Positions 17,362 to 29,178 of a stretch of 64,000 nt of DNA are shown in pieces. A program made the position numbers and the translations under genes. Every line of letters begins with the position of its first letter. Positions within the stretch are counted from its first letter, which is position 1. The stretch comes from Subdoligranulum sp. CAG:314 (lineage in GTDB: Bacteria > Bacillota > Clostridia > Christensenellales > CAG-314): contig FR900987.1 of assembly GCA_000437915.1 (NCBI GenBank), positions 25,312 through 89,311 on the forward strand, in the 5' to 3' direction. Below the pieces are notes generated by a model. It had not been told where the DNA came from, made no database searches, and saw only the letters and a list, made by a program, of their open reading frames with translations.

Positions 17362-18092
17362 ATTACCTCCTCCGAGCTGAACACGGGACCGTCGGCGCAC
17401 ACCCGCCTTACTCCTTGCGTAGTGTTGACCGCACAGCCCATGCAGGCGCCGAAGCCGCAGCCCATGCGCTCTTCGAGACTAACCTCTCCCCTGATTTCGA
17501 GAGAAGCGCTCAGCACTTTAAGCATTGCCTTGGGACCGCACGCGAAAAAGAAGTCGCAGTCCGTCTGACGCGGCAGAGCCGCCGCGACTGTTCCCTTTAA
17601 GCCTGCGGAGCCGTCCAATGTCGCAATTTCCACTTGGGCGCCGACGGCTTTGAACTCGTCCGCAAGCATGACGTCCGCAGCCGAATTGAAGCCCAGCGCG
17701 ACATAGGCATTTTTCCCGCTTTCAATCAGCCTTTTTGCCAAAAGCAACAGAGGAGGAGCGCCTACGCCGCCGCCGCAAATCAGCGCGGTTTTTTTGCATT
17801 TGTCCAAACTGAAACCGTTTCCAAGCCCCGTCAAGGCCCTGACTCTGTCCCCCTTTTTCAACGAGGACATATATTCCGTACCTTTGCCCGTCACCTTGTA
17901 GACAAGGCGTATACCGTCGCCGTAAACGTCGCACACGGATATGGGACGACGCAGAAAAAAGCCGTCAAGCGCCACTTCGACGAATTGCCCCGCCCTTATG
18001 CCCGCGCGGCAATCGCCTTTGAGTCTCAAATCATACACGTCGGCGGCAATTTTTTCGTTGCTTGCCGTTTCAAAAATAACTTCCTTTTTCAT
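17355..18092 (-). CDS. pyrK: dihydroorotate dehydrogenase electron-transfer subunit
   Basis: FAD/NAD-binding fold plus a C-terminal 2Fe-2S Cys cluster (CGFGACMGCAV...C). I prefer ATG 18092. The ORF track opens at TTG 18104, abutting the carB stop. Confidence 0.85.
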   Translation of the reverse strand: MKKEVIFETASNEKIAADVYDLRLKGDCRAGIRAGQFVEVALDGFFLRRPISVCDVYGDGIRLVYKVTGKGTEYMSSLKKGDRVRALTGLGNGFSLDKCKKTALICGGGVGAPPLLLLAKRLIESGKNAYVALGFNSAADVMLADEFKAVGAQVEIATLDGSAGLKGTVAAALPRQTDCDFFFACGPKAMLKVLSASLEIRGEVSLEERMGCGFGACMGCAVNTTQGVRRVCADGPVFSSEEVIW

Positions 18093-18100
18093 TTGCCTTT

Positions 18101-21100
18101 TCAAGAATCTATCGTGCTGACGGTAATGGTGATTTCTTCAAGCACGTCAAGCAGGGCGCGCACCGTTTCGAGAGCGGTGAACATGGTTACGTTGTTTTCC
18201 ACCGCGCACCGTCTTATCTGAAAGCCGTCCGTTTGTTGGTCAACCGAATCTATGTCGCGCGTGTTGATTACGTAATTTACGTACCCCTTGCGTATGGAGT
18301 CGAGTATTTCTTCGCTGCCGTCGCTTATTTTCTTTTTTGCGCGCGTCTTTATCCCCCTGCTTTTGAGGTATTTCGCGGTGCCTGTCGTTGCCTCGATGTT
18401 GAAGCCGAGCCTGTAAAACCTCTCTATGAGAGGAAAAGCCTCGTCCTTGTCCTTGTCTGCAATGGTGACGAACACCGTTCCGTAATTGACCACGTTCATG
18501 CCCGAAGCCTGCAACGCCTTGTACAGCGCGCGGGTAAACTTTTCGTCGTAGCCTATCGCCTCGCCCGTGGACTTCATTTCGGGGGAAAGGTATGCGTCCA
18601 GACCGTGGATTTTGCTGAACGAGAATACGGGCACCTTGACGTACCACTTTTTCTTTTCCTCGGGATACAGCTCCGTCAGTCCCTGTTCTTTCAGGCTTTT
18701 GCCCAGCATAACCAACGTGGCGATGTCGGCAAGCGAAAAACCAGTCGCCTTTGAAAGGAAGGGCACCGTCCGCGACGAGCGCGGATTGACTTCTATGACA
18801 AAAACATTGTCGTCCTTGTCCACAATGAACTGAATGTTGTAAAGCCCCACTATGCCTATACCCTTTCCCAGCTTCAAGGTGTAGTCCAAAATGGTTTCCT
18901 TTACCTTCCGACTCAGGCTGAACGAAGGATAAACGCTTATGCTGTCGCCCGAGTGTATGCCCGTGCGTTCAATCAACTCCATGATTCCCGGCACGAACAC
19001 GTCCGTTCCGTCGCACACGGCGTCCACCTCGCACTCCTTGCCCACTATGTATTTGTCTACAAGCACGGGCTGTTTTTCGTCGATTCTGACGGCGTTTTCG
19101 AGATAGTGCCTGAGCGTGTCGTCGCTGCCCACAATCTGCATCGCGCGCCCGCCCAAAACAAAGCTCGGTCTGACAAGCACGGGATAGCCTATTTCGTTTG
19201 CGGCTCTCACGCCGTCCTCGATTTTGGTAACGGCATATCCCTCGGGCTGCGGAATATTCAGCTTTTTGAGGATTTTTTCAAACGAATCCCTGTTCTCGGC
19301 GCGCTCGATTGCTTCGACTCCCGTGCCGATTATGTTGACGTCGAACTCTTTTAGCTTGTCCGCAAGATTGATTGCCGTCTGACCGCCCAAAGACGCAATA
19401 ACCCCCAGCGGCTTTTCAAGCTCCAAAACATTGAGAACGTCCTCTGTCGTCAACGGCTCGAAATACAGCTTGTCCGCCGTCGTATAGTCGGTTGACACCG
19501 TTTCGGGGTTGTTGTTGATTATTATCGCTTCATAGCCGAAGTCGCGTATGGTCTTGATTGCGTGCACCGTGCTGTAATCGAACTCGACGCCCTGACCGAT
19601 TCTGATAGGTCCGCTTCCCAAAACCACGATTTTGGTTTTGCCGTCGTCCCGCGTCTCGTTTTCTCTTTCGTATGTGGAGTAAAAGTAAGGCACATAGCTT
19701 TCAAACTCGCTTGCGCAGGTATCTATCATTTTGTAAACGGGAAACAGCCCGATTGATTTGCGCAGCTCAAAGACCTCCTTCAAGGTCATATCCCAGCATT
19801 TGGCAATGTACTCGTCGCAGAAACCCATGCGCTTGGCTTCTCTTAAAACGGCAAGGTCGCGCTTTCCGCTCTTGATTGCGCCCTCAAAGTCCACAATGTT
19901 TTTGATTTTGTCCAAAAAGAACATATCTATTTTTGTAAGCTCATACAGACGTTTCAAGGGACAGCCCAGCCGCATAAGCTGCGCCATAGCGAAAATTCTG
20001 TCGTCGCGCCCCGTTTTTATGTATTCTGCAAGCTCTTCCGCGGTTTGGGCGTCAAACTTTTTAAGCTCCAAATGACTCGCCCCTATTTCCAGAGAACGCA
20101 CGGCTTTCAAGAGGCTTTCCTCCATGGTGCGCCCGATACTCATAACTTCTCCCGTAGCCTTCATCTGCGTGCTCAGCACGTTGGGCGCGGTGGCGAATTT
20201 GTCAAAGGGAAATCTCGCTATTTTGGTTACCACATAGTCAAGAGCCGGCTCGAAGCACGCGGGAGTGTTTGCAAGCATTATTTCGTCGAGACGCATACCC
20301 ACCGCTATTTTTGCGGACACGCGCGCAATGGGGTATCCGCTCGCCTTGCTTGCCAAAGCCGACGAACGGGAAACTCTCGGATTTACCTCTATCAAAAAAT
20401 AGTCGAAGGACTGCGGGTCCAGCGCGAACTGTACGTTGCAGCCGCCCTCTATTTTCAACGCCCGTATGATTTTGAGCGCGCTGTCTCTCAAAAGCTGATA
20501 TTCCTTGTTTGTAAGCGTCTGACTTGGCGCGACCACTATGCTGTCGCCCGTGTGTATTCCCACAGGGTCGAGGTTTTCCATATTGCAGACGGCTATCGCC
20601 GTGTCGTTCGCGTCGCGGACAACCTCGTACTCTATTTCCTTGAAGCCTCTAATGCTCTTTTCCACAAGCACCTGTCTGACGGGAGAAAGGCGCAGCGCGT
20701 TTTTCATAATTTCTCTCAGCTGCTCCTCGTTGTCCGCAAAGCCGCCGCCCGTGCCCCCAAGGGTGAATGCGGGACGCAGCACGACGGGATACCCTATTTT
20801 TTCCGCAGCGGAAACAGCCTCTTCCGCGGAGTGCGTAATCATGCTTGGCAGCACAGGCTCGCCCAGACTCTCGCACAGCTCCTTGAACTTTTCTCTGTCC
20901 TCGGCGCACTCTATGCTCTGCGCGGAGGTGCCCAAAAGCTCCACCTGACACTCGCTTAATACTCCTTTTTTCTCAAGCTGCATGGCAAGATTGAGTCCGG
21001 TCTGCCCGCCAAGCCCCGGTATAAGCGCGTCGGGACGCTCGAAACGAAGTATTTTGGCAACGTATTCCAGCGTGAGAGGCTCCATATAAACCTTGTCCGC

Positions 21101-21280
21101 CACGGTTGTGTCGGTCATGATTGTCGCGGGGTTGGAGTTTACCAGTATGACCTCGTAGCCCTCCTCTTTGAGCGCCAGACACGCCTGTGTGCCAGCGTAA
21201 TCGAACTCCGCCGCCTGTCCTATGACTATGGGACCGCTGCCTATGACCATTATTTTCTTAATATCCTTTCTTTTGGGCAT
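18101..21280 (-). CDS. carB: carbamoyl-phosphate synthase large subunit
   Basis: 1059 aa with duplicated ATP-grasp halves. The N-terminal [33 protein letters not shown] is canonical. Confidence 0.95.
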   Translation of the reverse strand: MPKRKDIKKIMVIGSGPIVIGQAAEFDYAGTQACLALKEEGYEVILVNSNPATIMTDTTVADKVYMEPLTLEYVAKILRFERPDALIPGLGGQTGLNLAMQLEKKGVLSECQVELLGTSAQSIECAEDREKFKELCESLGEPVLPSMITHSAEEAVSAAEKIGYPVVLRPAFTLGGTGGGFADNEEQLREIMKNALRLSPVRQVLVEKSIRGFKEIEYEVVRDANDTAIAVCNMENLDPVGIHTGDSIVVAPSQTLTNKEYQLLRDSALKIIRALKIEGGCNVQFALDPQSFDYFLIEVNPRVSRSSALASKASGYPIARVSAKIAVGMRLDEIMLANTPACFEPALDYVVTKIARFPFDKFATAPNVLSTQMKATGEVMSIGRTMEESLLKAVRSLEIGASHLELKKFDAQTAEELAEYIKTGRDDRIFAMAQLMRLGCPLKRLYELTKIDMFFLDKIKNIVDFEGAIKSGKRDLAVLREAKRMGFCDEYIAKCWDMTLKEVFELRKSIGLFPVYKMIDTCASEFESYVPYFYSTYERENETRDDGKTKIVVLGSGPIRIGQGVEFDYSTVHAIKTIRDFGYEAIIINNNPETVSTDYTTADKLYFEPLTTEDVLNVLELEKPLGVIASLGGQTAINLADKLKEFDVNIIGTGVEAIERAENRDSFEKILKKLNIPQPEGYAVTKIEDGVRAANEIGYPVLVRPSFVLGGRAMQIVGSDDTLRHYLENAVRIDEKQPVLVDKYIVGKECEVDAVCDGTDVFVPGIMELIERTGIHSGDSISVYPSFSLSRKVKETILDYTLKLGKGIGIVGLYNIQFIVDKDDNVFVIEVNPRSSRTVPFLSKATGFSLADIATLVMLGKSLKEQGLTELYPEEKKKWYVKVPVFSFSKIHGLDAYLSPEMKSTGEAIGYDEKFTRALYKALQASGMNVVNYGTVFVTIADKDKDEAFPLIERFYRLGFNIEATTGTAKYLKSRGIKTRAKKKISDGSEEILDSIRKGYVNYVINTRDIDSVDQQTDGFQIRRCAVENNVTMFTALETVRALLDVLEEITITVSTIDS

Positions 21281-21290
21281 AACAATCTCC

Positions 21291-22382
21291 TCAATCCTTT
21301 TTGTTCGCCGCCATAAGGCGCACGAATTTGTCGAACAGGTATCCGCTGTCCTGCGGTCCCGGCGCGCTCTCGGGATGAAACTGCACCGTAAACAACCTGT
21401 CTTTTACGCACTCCATGCCCTCGACCGTGCCGTCCAGCAAATTTTCGTGAGTGACTTTGAGTCCCGTGCCCGACAGACTGTCCCTGTCTATGGCGTAGCT
21501 GTGGTTTTGGCTTGTGATTTCCAGCCTGCCCGTTTCAAGGTTTCTGACGGGGTGGTTGCCGCCGCGATGACCGAATTTGAGCTTGAAGGTCTTTGCGCCG
21601 TAAGCAAGCCCTGCAAGCTGATGTCCCAGACAAATGCCGAAAACGGGATATCTGCCGCGGATTTTTTTGAGCAGCTCCGCCGTTTCGGGCACGTCGGACG
21701 GGTCCCCGGGACCGTTGGAGAAAAACACGCCGTCGGGAGACAAAGCCGCAATTTCCTCCGTAGCAGTGTCGAACGGCACCACCGTCACGTTGCAGCCGCG
21801 CGCGTTGAGACATCTGACTATATTGAGCTTTATGCCGCAATCCACGGCGACAACGTCGAATTTGGCGTGCGCCGTGCGCGAAAACCACTTTTTCCGCGTG
21901 GAAACGCAGCTGACTGCGTTGCGCGGCAGAGGACGTTCAAGACGTTTAAGCGCCCCCTGCGTAGAAACGTCCGAAGAAGTTATGATTCCTTTCTGACTGC
22001 CCTCGTTTCTCAGTTTTCGGGCAAGACACCTAGTGTCTATGCCGGAAATGCCGACTATACCGTACTCACTCATAATTTCGTCCAGAGTTTTGGTATATCG
22101 GAAATTGCTCGGCCTGCCGTTGTAGTCACGCACGACAAGCCCGCCGATTGAGGGCACGCGGGTTTCGTAATCCTCGTCGCACACGCCGTAATTGCCGATT
22201 AAAGGATAAGTCATAACCACAGCCTGAAACGTGTAGCTCGGGTCGCTCACTATTTCCTGATAGCCGACGGGAGAGGTATTGAAGACCAGCTCGCACACCG
22301 CCTCCCTGTCTGCGCCGAAGCCATAGCCCTCGAATACCGTGCCGTCGCCGAGCACTAATTTTTTGTCGTATTTTCTTTCCAT
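21291..22382 (-). CDS. carA: carbamoyl-phosphate synthase small (glutaminase) subunit
   Basis: Class I glutamine amidotransferase motif GICLGHQ and the HPE triad region (FTVQFHPES). Confidence 0.93.
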   Translation of the reverse strand: MERKYDKKLVLGDGTVFEGYGFGADREAVCELVFNTSPVGYQEIVSDPSYTFQAVVMTYPLIGNYGVCDEDYETRVPSIGGLVVRDYNGRPSNFRYTKTLDEIMSEYGIVGISGIDTRCLARKLRNEGSQKGIITSSDVSTQGALKRLERPLPRNAVSCVSTRKKWFSRTAHAKFDVVAVDCGIKLNIVRCLNARGCNVTVVPFDTATEEIAALSPDGVFFSNGPGDPSDVPETAELLKKIRGRYPVFGICLGHQLAGLAYGAKTFKLKFGHRGGNHPVRNLETGRLEITSQNHSYAIDRDSLSGTGLKVTHENLLDGTVEGMECVKDRLFTVQFHPESAPGPQDSGYLFDKFVRLMAANKKD

Positions 22383-23623
22383 ACCGTTCTCCCGTTCTTT
22401 AACGTAAGCAAAACCCTTCCGAACACCTTTTTACCCGCAAAGGGCGTGCTTTTGCCCTTGGACAAAAAGTTTTCGGGATTTATTTCAAACGACGCGTTGA
22501 GGTCTATGACGGTCAAATCCGCCGGACTTCCCGCCGCGAGCAGTCCTCCTTGCAGCCCGAAACGCCTGCGCGGACTCACGCACATCGCTTCAATCAGCCT
22601 TTTGAGAGGAAGATTTTTTTTCTTTACCAATTCCGTGTACAGCACCGGAAAAGCCGTTTCAAGCCCCACGACGCCCATAGCGCTGTCCTTCAAGCCCTTG
22701 GACTTTTCCTCCGCGGAATGCGGCGCGTGGTCGGTGGCAATCATGTCCACCGTTCCGTCAAAAAGACCTTCGACAAGCGCCTCTCTGTCCTTAATCCCCC
22801 TCAAAGGAGGATTCATCTTGAATCTGCCGTCGTCTTGAAGACAGCCGTCGTCAAGACACAGATAATGCGGAGCCGTTTCGCACGTCACGTCTATGCCGTC
22901 AGCCTTCGCCTGTCGGATAAGAGCGACAGACTCCTTTGCGGAAACGTGGCAAACGTGGTATTTCACGCCGGTTTGCTTGGCAAGCTCGAGGTCGCGTTCA
23001 ATCATTTTATATTCGCTTGCGCTGCTTATACCTTTGTGTCCGTTAAGCCGCTGAAATTCACATTCGTTTACGTAACCGCCCGCTGCCAGCTCTCTTACCT
23101 CGCAGTGCGCCGCAATCACCTTGCCCAGCGCTTTTGCTTGAAGCATTGCCTCTTTTAAAAGCCGCGCGTCGTCCACACCGCTGCCGTCGTCCGAAAAAGC
23201 GGAGACAAAGGGAGCCATGGCTTTGAGGTCGGCAAGCTCCAAGCCCCGCCTTCCTTTTGTGATACAGCCGTAAGGCACAACCTCTATGACCGCGTCGCGT
23301 TCTATAATTTCAAGCTCCCGTTTCAGATTTTCCAAGCTGTCGGGCGGAGGGAGCAGATTGGGCATGGCGCACACCGCGGTGTAGCCTCCCCTTGCCGCAG
23401 CCATCGATCCGCTTGAAATGCTTTCCTTATAAAAAAATCCCGGCTCTCTGAAATGAACGTGCACATCAGCAAAACCGGGAACGATAATACAATCGGTGAA
23501 ATCCGACTCCTCGAAAATGTCTCCGCCGTCAAACGAAACAATGCGGCTGCCGCTCACCGCGAGATTTTCCCGCGAAAAGCCGCCGTCGTGAAAAACCCAT
23601 GCGTTTTTAAACAATCTGTTCAA
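22355..23623 (-). CDS. pyrC: dihydroorotase
   Basis: Metal-binding DVHVHFREPG. I prefer the TTG start at 23623 (AAGGAGA, 6 nt, TTG; MNRLFKNAWVF). The ORF-track ATG 23698 lies upstream of the mapped -35 and lacks an RBS. Confidence 0.85.
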   Translation of the reverse strand: MNRLFKNAWVFHDGGFSRENLAVSGSRIVSFDGGDIFEESDFTDCIIVPGFADVHVHFREPGFFYKESISSGSMAAARGGYTAVCAMPNLLPPPDSLENLKRELEIIERDAVIEVVPYGCITKGRRGLELADLKAMAPFVSAFSDDGSGVDDARLLKEAMLQAKALGKVIAAHCEVRELAAGGYVNECEFQRLNGHKGISSASEYKMIERDLELAKQTGVKYHVCHVSAKESVALIRQAKADGIDVTCETAPHYLCLDDGCLQDDGRFKMNPPLRGIKDREALVEGLFDGTVDMIATDHAPHSAEEKSKGLKDSAMGVVGLETAFPVLYTELVKKKNLPLKRLIEAMCVSPRRRFGLQGGLLAAGSPADLTVIDLNASFEINPENFLSKGKSTPFAGKKVFGRVLLTLKNGRTVWKENTTKN

Positions 23624-23657
23624 AAGCCGTCTCCTTGTCTCTTTTACGCCGTTGCTT

Positions 23658-23686
23658 ATTTTGATAGAAACGCGCGTTTTTGTCAA
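23658..23686 (-). promoter_or_regulatory. candidate pyr operon promoter
   Basis: Minus strand TTGACA (23686-23681), 17-nt spacer, CAAAAT (23663-23658). The -10 is weak. Confidence 0.45.
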
Positions 23687-23712
23687 CTGTTTTGACATGA
23701 AAAATATGTGAT

Positions 23713-23750
23713 TTTTGTCCCGCGGATTGCCGTCAACCCGCAGGACAAAA
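23713..23750 (-). other. 13-bp stem hairpin downstream of fhs (possible terminator or RNA stabiliser, no clean U-tract)
   Basis: TTTTGTCCTGCGG / CCGCGGGACAAAA on the minus-strand RNA, with one G-U pair. The same position is a C-A mismatch on the plus strand. Confidence 0.4.
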
Positions 23751-23755
23751 TTTCG

Positions 23756-25426
23756 TTAAAACAACCCGCTTATTTTCCCGGAAGCGTCCACGTCAATCTT
23801 TTCCGCGCTCGGCACCTTGCCGAGACCGGGCATGGTCATAATGTCCCCTGTCAGCGCAACGAGAAAACCCGCGCCGCTTGACACCTTGACGTTTCTCACG
23901 GTAACCGCAAAGCCGTCCGGCGCGCCGAGTCGCGTCTGCTCGTCCGAAAAGCTGTACTGAGTTTTTGCCACGCACACGGGCAGCTTGTCAAAGCCCAGCC
24001 TTGTCAGATTGGCAATCTGTTTTTTCGCCTGAGGCGTAAACACCGCTCCGCTCCCTCTGTACACTTTGGTTACGATTTTTTCCAGCTTGGTTTCAATGGA
24101 GTCGTCCGTTTCGTAAGCAAAACGAAAATCGTTTTTCTTTTCGCACAGACTCACAACCTCTCTCGCAAGAGCCTCGCCGCCCTCGCCGCCCTTTGCCCAC
24201 ACCTCGGACAAAGCCACGTTTACGTTGAGCGCGCGGCATTGTTTTTCGATAAATTCAAGCTCTCTTTCCGTGTCGGCGGGGAAACGGTTTATCGCCACCA
24301 CGCAGGGCAGTCCGAAAACGTTTGTCACGTTGTCTATATGCCTTAAAAGATTGGGCAAACCCTTTTGGAGCGCGTCAAGATTTTCCTCGTCGAGAGCCGC
24401 TTTTGCAACTCCGCCGTGATGCTTCAAAGCGCGGACTGTCGCCACTATCACTACCGCGGAGGGCTTTAACCCCGCCATACGGCATTTTATGTCGAAGAAT
24501 TTTTCCGCACCCAAATCGGCGCCGAAGCCCGCCTCCGTCACGGCGTAATCGGCAAGCCGCATGGCAAGCCTTGTCGCCATAATGGAATTGCAGCCGTGAG
24601 CGATGTTTGCAAAGGGACCGCCGTGCACAAAGGCGGGAGTGTGCTCCAAAGTCTGCACGAGATTGGGCTTCAACGCGTCCTTCAAGAGGGCTGCCATAGC
24701 TCCCTGCGCGTTGAGCTGTCCCGCTTTGACAGGCTCGCCCCCGTAGGTGTAGCCTACCGTTATGTCGGCAAGTCTCCGCTTCAAATCCGACATGTCGTAT
24801 GCAAGGCAAAGAATCGCCATAATTTCGCTTGCCGCCGTGATGTCGAAGCCGTCCTCGCGCGGCGTGCCGTTTGCCTTGCCGCCCAGACCGTCGGTCACGA
24901 ACCGCAGCTGTCTGTCGTTCATGTCCACGCATCTGCGCCACGTTATCTGACGGGGGTCTATATTTAACGAATTGCCCTGATAAATATGGTTGTCAATCAT
25001 CGCCGCAAGCAGATTGTTTGCGGCGCCTATGGCATGGAAGTCGCCCGTAAAGTGCAGATTTATGTCCTCCATGGGCACGACCTGAGCGTAACCTCCGCCC
25101 GCCGCGCCGCCCTTGACGCCGAACACGGGTCCCAGCGACGGCTCGCGCAGCGCGACCGCCACGCTTTTGCCAAGCCGCTTCAACCCGTCCGCAAGACCTA
25201 TTGTCGTCGTCGTCTTGCCCTCTCCCGCGGGAGTGGGGTTGATTGCGGTAACAAGAATCAGCTTGCCGTCCTTTCCCTTTGTTTCGTTCAGAAAATTGTA
25301 GTCTACCTTTGCTTTGTATCTGCCGTAAGGCTCGATAAATCTGTCGTCAATCCCCGCTTTTTCCGCGATTTCGCCGATGGGCAGCATTTTTACCGACTGC
25401 GCTATTTCTATGTCGCTTTTATACAT
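23756..25426 (-). CDS. fhs: formate--tetrahydrofolate ligase
   Basis: 556 aa. P-loop [26 protein letters not shown]. Confidence 0.95.
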   Translation of the reverse strand: MYKSDIEIAQSVKMLPIGEIAEKAGIDDRFIEPYGRYKAKVDYNFLNETKGKDGKLILVTAINPTPAGEGKTTTTIGLADGLKRLGKSVAVALREPSLGPVFGVKGGAAGGGYAQVVPMEDINLHFTGDFHAIGAANNLLAAMIDNHIYQGNSLNIDPRQITWRRCVDMNDRQLRFVTDGLGGKANGTPREDGFDITAASEIMAILCLAYDMSDLKRRLADITVGYTYGGEPVKAGQLNAQGAMAALLKDALKPNLVQTLEHTPAFVHGGPFANIAHGCNSIMATRLAMRLADYAVTEAGFGADLGAEKFFDIKCRMAGLKPSAVVIVATVRALKHHGGVAKAALDEENLDALQKGLPNLLRHIDNVTNVFGLPCVVAINRFPADTERELEFIEKQCRALNVNVALSEVWAKGGEGGEALAREVVSLCEKKNDFRFAYETDDSIETKLEKIVTKVYRGSGAVFTPQAKKQIANLTRLGFDKLPVCVAKTQYSFSDEQTRLGAPDGFAVTVRNVKVSSGAGFLVALTGDIMTMPGLGKVPSAEKIDVDASGKISGLF

Positions 25427-25448
25427 AATCAGTCCTCCCAGTATCTTT

Positions 25449-28400
25449 CTATTTAAAATATTCCACTCCGGAGCGGAAAAGTCCCATATCCCAATTTCCC
25501 GCCACGTTTCTGTACAGCCCCTTGCCTATGCGCTCCGCGTGCCCCATTTTTCCAAGCACCCTGCCGTCGGGGGATATAATACCCTCCACCGCGTTTACGC
25601 TGCCGTTGGGATTGAACGGACTCTGCATTGTTGGCTTGCCGTCGAGGTCGACGTATTGGGTAAAAATCTGCCCGTTTTCCCTCAACCTTTGGAGCGTAGC
25701 CGAGTCGCACACGAATCTGCCCTCGCCGTGACTTACCGGAACGCTGAAAACGTCGCCCGTTTTGACGCGATTAAGCCATGCCGAGGCGTTGCTCGCAACT
25801 CTGACGCGGCTTATTGCGGACACGTGCCGACCGATATTGTTGAAAGTGAGCGTGGGAGCGTTTTCCTCCAACGCTTTTATTTTGCCGAAAGGCAACAGTC
25901 CCAGCTTTATCAACGCCTGAAATCCGTTGCAGATACCGATTGCAAGCCCGTCGCGCTTTTCAAGCAGTTCCTCCGCAGCGTCTCTCAAAGAGGGATTGCG
26001 GAACATATTTACGATAAATTTGCCGCTGCCGTCAGGTTCGTCGCCGCCCGAAAAGCCGCCGGGAAAAGCAAGTATCTGCGCTGCGGACAGCCTTTTGCCC
26101 ATTTCCGCAACCGAAAACTCGACGTCAGAGGCGCTCACGTTTTTAACCACGAAAACGTCGCACTCCGCGCCTGCGTTTTCAAAAGCCTTCTGCATGTCGT
26201 ATTCGCAGTTGGTGCCCGGAAAAACGGGAATAAACACGCGCGGTTTTGCGGTTTTGAAACGGGAAACGTAAATTTTTTTGGATACGAAATTTTCTTCCTC
26301 CGCCTGCCCGTATGCCGGAGCGGTTGTCGGAAACACCTGTTCGAGCCTCCCGCAAAAAGCGGTTTTGAGCGCGTCGAGAGCAATTTCCTCCCCGCCGCAG
26401 ACAAGAACTCCGCTTTCGTCCAGCTCCGCGAAATATTCTGCGCGGCGGCTGTCGAAATCCTCCGCAACCACCGCAAGTATGTCGCCGTAGGCGGGGCGGA
26501 AATGCTCGGCTTCGAGACGGTCGAGCTTAGCCCCCAAATCGTTGGCAAAGAGAGACTTGACAAGCGCGGTGATTGCGCCGCCCTCCTCTACGACGGCGGT
26601 ATGCAAAATTTTGCCGTTGAGAATTCCCTCGTAAACTTCTCCGTAAATTGCTTTCAGCGCGGCATAGTCGGGGCGTCCCCAAGAGTTTTTCGGCACTCTG
26701 AAACGAACTACTTTTCCCGCACGCTCGAATGCGTTGTGAACAAAAGCGTTTTCCTTTGCTATACCCATGCCGAAAGCTATGAGAGTGGGGGGCACGTCCA
26801 AATTTTCAAAGGTTCCGCTCATGCTGTCCTTGCCGCCTATTGCCGCAGTTTCCAGCCCGAGCTGCGCGTCAAGCGCGCCAAGCAGCGCGGACAAAGGCTC
26901 TCCCCAGCGGTCGGGCGCGTTGCCGGGTTTTTTGAAAAACTCTTGCAGAGTAAGCCTGATTGTCAAGGGATTTACGCCGCAGGAGACCAGCTTGGAAACG
27001 GCTCCCACAACGGAATAAACGGCTCCCGTAAAGGGAGATTTTTCCATCAAATCCGTATAAAGCGCGAAAGACGAACAGGTTATCGTAGAGGTGTAGCCCG
27101 AGCCTACGGGGGGCTTTGAAGCCATCACCGCCGCAGGCGTGAGCTGATTTTTTCCGCCGAAAGGCATGAGAACGCTAGCAGCGCCTATGGTGGAGTCGAA
27201 AACCTCGCCCATGCCCTTGCGCGAACAAACGTCAAGACGCGAAATTCTTTCTTTCAAAGCCGACTCGGCGCTTTTTTCAAGCAATTTTACCGTAACGTCG
27301 TCGTCTGTCGAAAAATAATCGCGCAAGCTTTCGCAAATTTCCGCGTCGGTGCTTTGTCTGACTCCGTTTGTATCCAGAAAAGCCCTGTCGATGTCCGTTA
27401 TCGTCTCTTCTCCGTAGGTCATGACGAGACGGGGTTCCTCCGTAACTTCCGCAACCTTGACGCACTTTAAGTTTTCGTCGGAAGCAAGTCTCATAAATTC
27501 TTCCGCGTCGCTTTCGCTTACCACCACAGCCATTCTCTCCTGCGATTCGCTTATGGCAAGCTCCGTGGCGGTAAGCCCTTCATACTTTTTGTTTATTCTG
27601 TCAAGATAAATGTGCAGACCGTCGGCAAGCTCGCCTATTGCCACGCACACTCCGCCCGCGCCGAAATCGTTGCATTTGAGCACAAGCCGTGACGCGCGGG
27701 GATTGCGGAACAATCTTTGCAGCTTTCTCTCCTCGGGAGGGTTCCCCTTCTGAACCTCCGCGCCGCACGTTTCGACGCTTTTTACGTCGTGCGACTTGCT
27801 GCTGCCGGTAGCTCCGCCGCAGCCGTCGCGCCCCGTGTCGCCGCCCACCATAATAACCGCGTCGCCTGCGCGCGGCTTGCGCCTGACGACGTTTTCGCGT
27901 CTGTTGCCGCCTATGACATAGCCCGTTTCAAGACGCTTGGCTTTGTATCTGTCGTTGTAAATCTCGGCGACTATACCCGTAGCAAGCCCTATCTGATTGC
28001 CGTAGCCCGAAAAACCCGCAAGAGCCGTCGTCGTGAGCACACGCTGAGGCAGCTTGCCCGGCAAAGTTTTTTCCACAGGCTCGTCGGGCGTGCCGCAGCC
28101 GCTGACGCGCATAGCCTGATAAACGTATGTTCTGCCGCTCAACGGGTCTCTGATGGCGCCGCCGAGACAGGTCGCCGCGCCGCCGAAGGGTTCTATTTCG
28201 GTGGGGTGGTTGTGAGTTTCGTTTTTGAACATGATGAGCCATTGCTCGTCCTTGCCGTCCACGTCCACGTCCACCACAACAGAACACGCGTTGATTTCGT
28301 CGCTCTCGTCAAGATTGTTAAGCAAGCCTCTCGACTTCAACTCCTTTGCTGCGATTGTGGCAATGCTCATAAGACATGGAACCTTGTCCCCGTTGACATT

Positions 28401-29171
28401 GTGCTTTTCAAACAGCTTTTTGTACTGCTCCCAAGCGTTGTGTATTTCCGGATTGTCGGAAAGAATTTTAACCTCCCCGAGCCTTGTGGAAAAGGTAGTG
28501 TGACGGCAATGGTCGCTCCAATAGGTGTCCACGACTTTAAGCTCGGTCAGAGTGGGCTGCCTGCCTTTTTTGACGAAATAGTCTCTGACAAACCTCAAAT
28601 CGTCCACCGTCATGGCAAGCCCCGTTTCCGCATGGAAGCGTTTCAAGCCGTCCTCGTCCATTTCGTTGAAACCGTCAAGCTCCACCCGCATTTTCCCCAC
28701 GGGCTTGGCTGCGTCCTTCAAGGTTTGCGGCATCTCCGTCGTCCCTTCGCGGCTGTCCACCGGATTGACGAGAAACCGCTTGATTTTTTCAAACTGCGCA
28801 TCCGTCACGCCCTTGAAAACGTAAACCTCCGCGCATTTCACGACAGGTCTGACGCCCCCCGTCAAAAACTGCACGCACTGCATTGCCGAATCGGCGCGCT
28901 GGTCGTACTGTCCGTCGAGAAACTGCACGACGAGCATTTTTTCGTCCCGCCCTACGCGCACATCGTAAAACACCCTGTCCGTATTAGGCTCGGAAAAAAC
29001 CGACTCTACGCTGTCTCTCATCTGACGTTCCGTCAATCCCTCGACGTCGTATCGCAAAAGTCGGCGCACACCAGAGGGGCTTATACCCAGCGTTCTTTCG
29101 ATCGACGAGCGGATTTTTGCCGCGGGCACGTCGAATTGCTCCTTTTTTTCAACGAAAACTCTGTATATCAT
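25449..29171 (-). CDS. purL: phosphoribosylformylglycinamidine synthase, single-chain (PurL/PurQ/PurS fused)
   Basis: 1240 aa with a C-terminal glutamine amidotransferase domain (GICNGFQAL...HGEGR). Confidence 0.93.
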   Translation of the reverse strand: MIYRVFVEKKEQFDVPAAKIRSSIERTLGISPSGVRRLLRYDVEGLTERQMRDSVESVFSEPNTDRVFYDVRVGRDEKMLVVQFLDGQYDQRADSAMQCVQFLTGGVRPVVKCAEVYVFKGVTDAQFEKIKRFLVNPVDSREGTTEMPQTLKDAAKPVGKMRVELDGFNEMDEDGLKRFHAETGLAMTVDDLRFVRDYFVKKGRQPTLTELKVVDTYWSDHCRHTTFSTRLGEVKILSDNPEIHNAWEQYKKLFEKHNVNGDKVPCLMSIATIAAKELKSRGLLNNLDESDEINACSVVVDVDVDGKDEQWLIMFKNETHNHPTEIEPFGGAATCLGGAIRDPLSGRTYVYQAMRVSGCGTPDEPVEKTLPGKLPQRVLTTTALAGFSGYGNQIGLATGIVAEIYNDRYKAKRLETGYVIGGNRRENVVRRKPRAGDAVIMVGGDTGRDGCGGATGSSKSHDVKSVETCGAEVQKGNPPEERKLQRLFRNPRASRLVLKCNDFGAGGVCVAIGELADGLHIYLDRINKKYEGLTATELAISESQERMAVVVSESDAEEFMRLASDENLKCVKVAEVTEEPRLVMTYGEETITDIDRAFLDTNGVRQSTDAEICESLRDYFSTDDDVTVKLLEKSAESALKERISRLDVCSRKGMGEVFDSTIGAASVLMPFGGKNQLTPAAVMASKPPVGSGYTSTITCSSFALYTDLMEKSPFTGAVYSVVGAVSKLVSCGVNPLTIRLTLQEFFKKPGNAPDRWGEPLSALLGALDAQLGLETAAIGGKDSMSGTFENLDVPPTLIAFGMGIAKENAFVHNAFERAGKVVRFRVPKNSWGRPDYAALKAIYGEVYEGILNGKILHTAVVEEGGAITALVKSLFANDLGAKLDRLEAEHFRPAYGDILAVVAEDFDSRRAEYFAELDESGVLVCGGEEIALDALKTAFCGRLEQVFPTTAPAYGQAEEENFVSKKIYVSRFKTAKPRVFIPVFPGTNCEYDMQKAFENAGAECDVFVVKNVSASDVEFSVAEMGKRLSAAQILAFPGGFSGGDEPDGSGKFIVNMFRNPSLRDAAEELLEKRDGLAIGICNGFQALIKLGLLPFGKIKALEENAPTLTFNNIGRHVSAISRVRVASNASAWLNRVKTGDVFSVPVSHGEGRFVCDSATLQRLRENGQIFTQYVDLDGKPTMQSPFNPNGSVNAVEGIISPDGRVLGKMGHAERIGKGLYRNVAGNWDMGLFRSGVEYFK

Positions 29172-29178
29172 AAAAACC

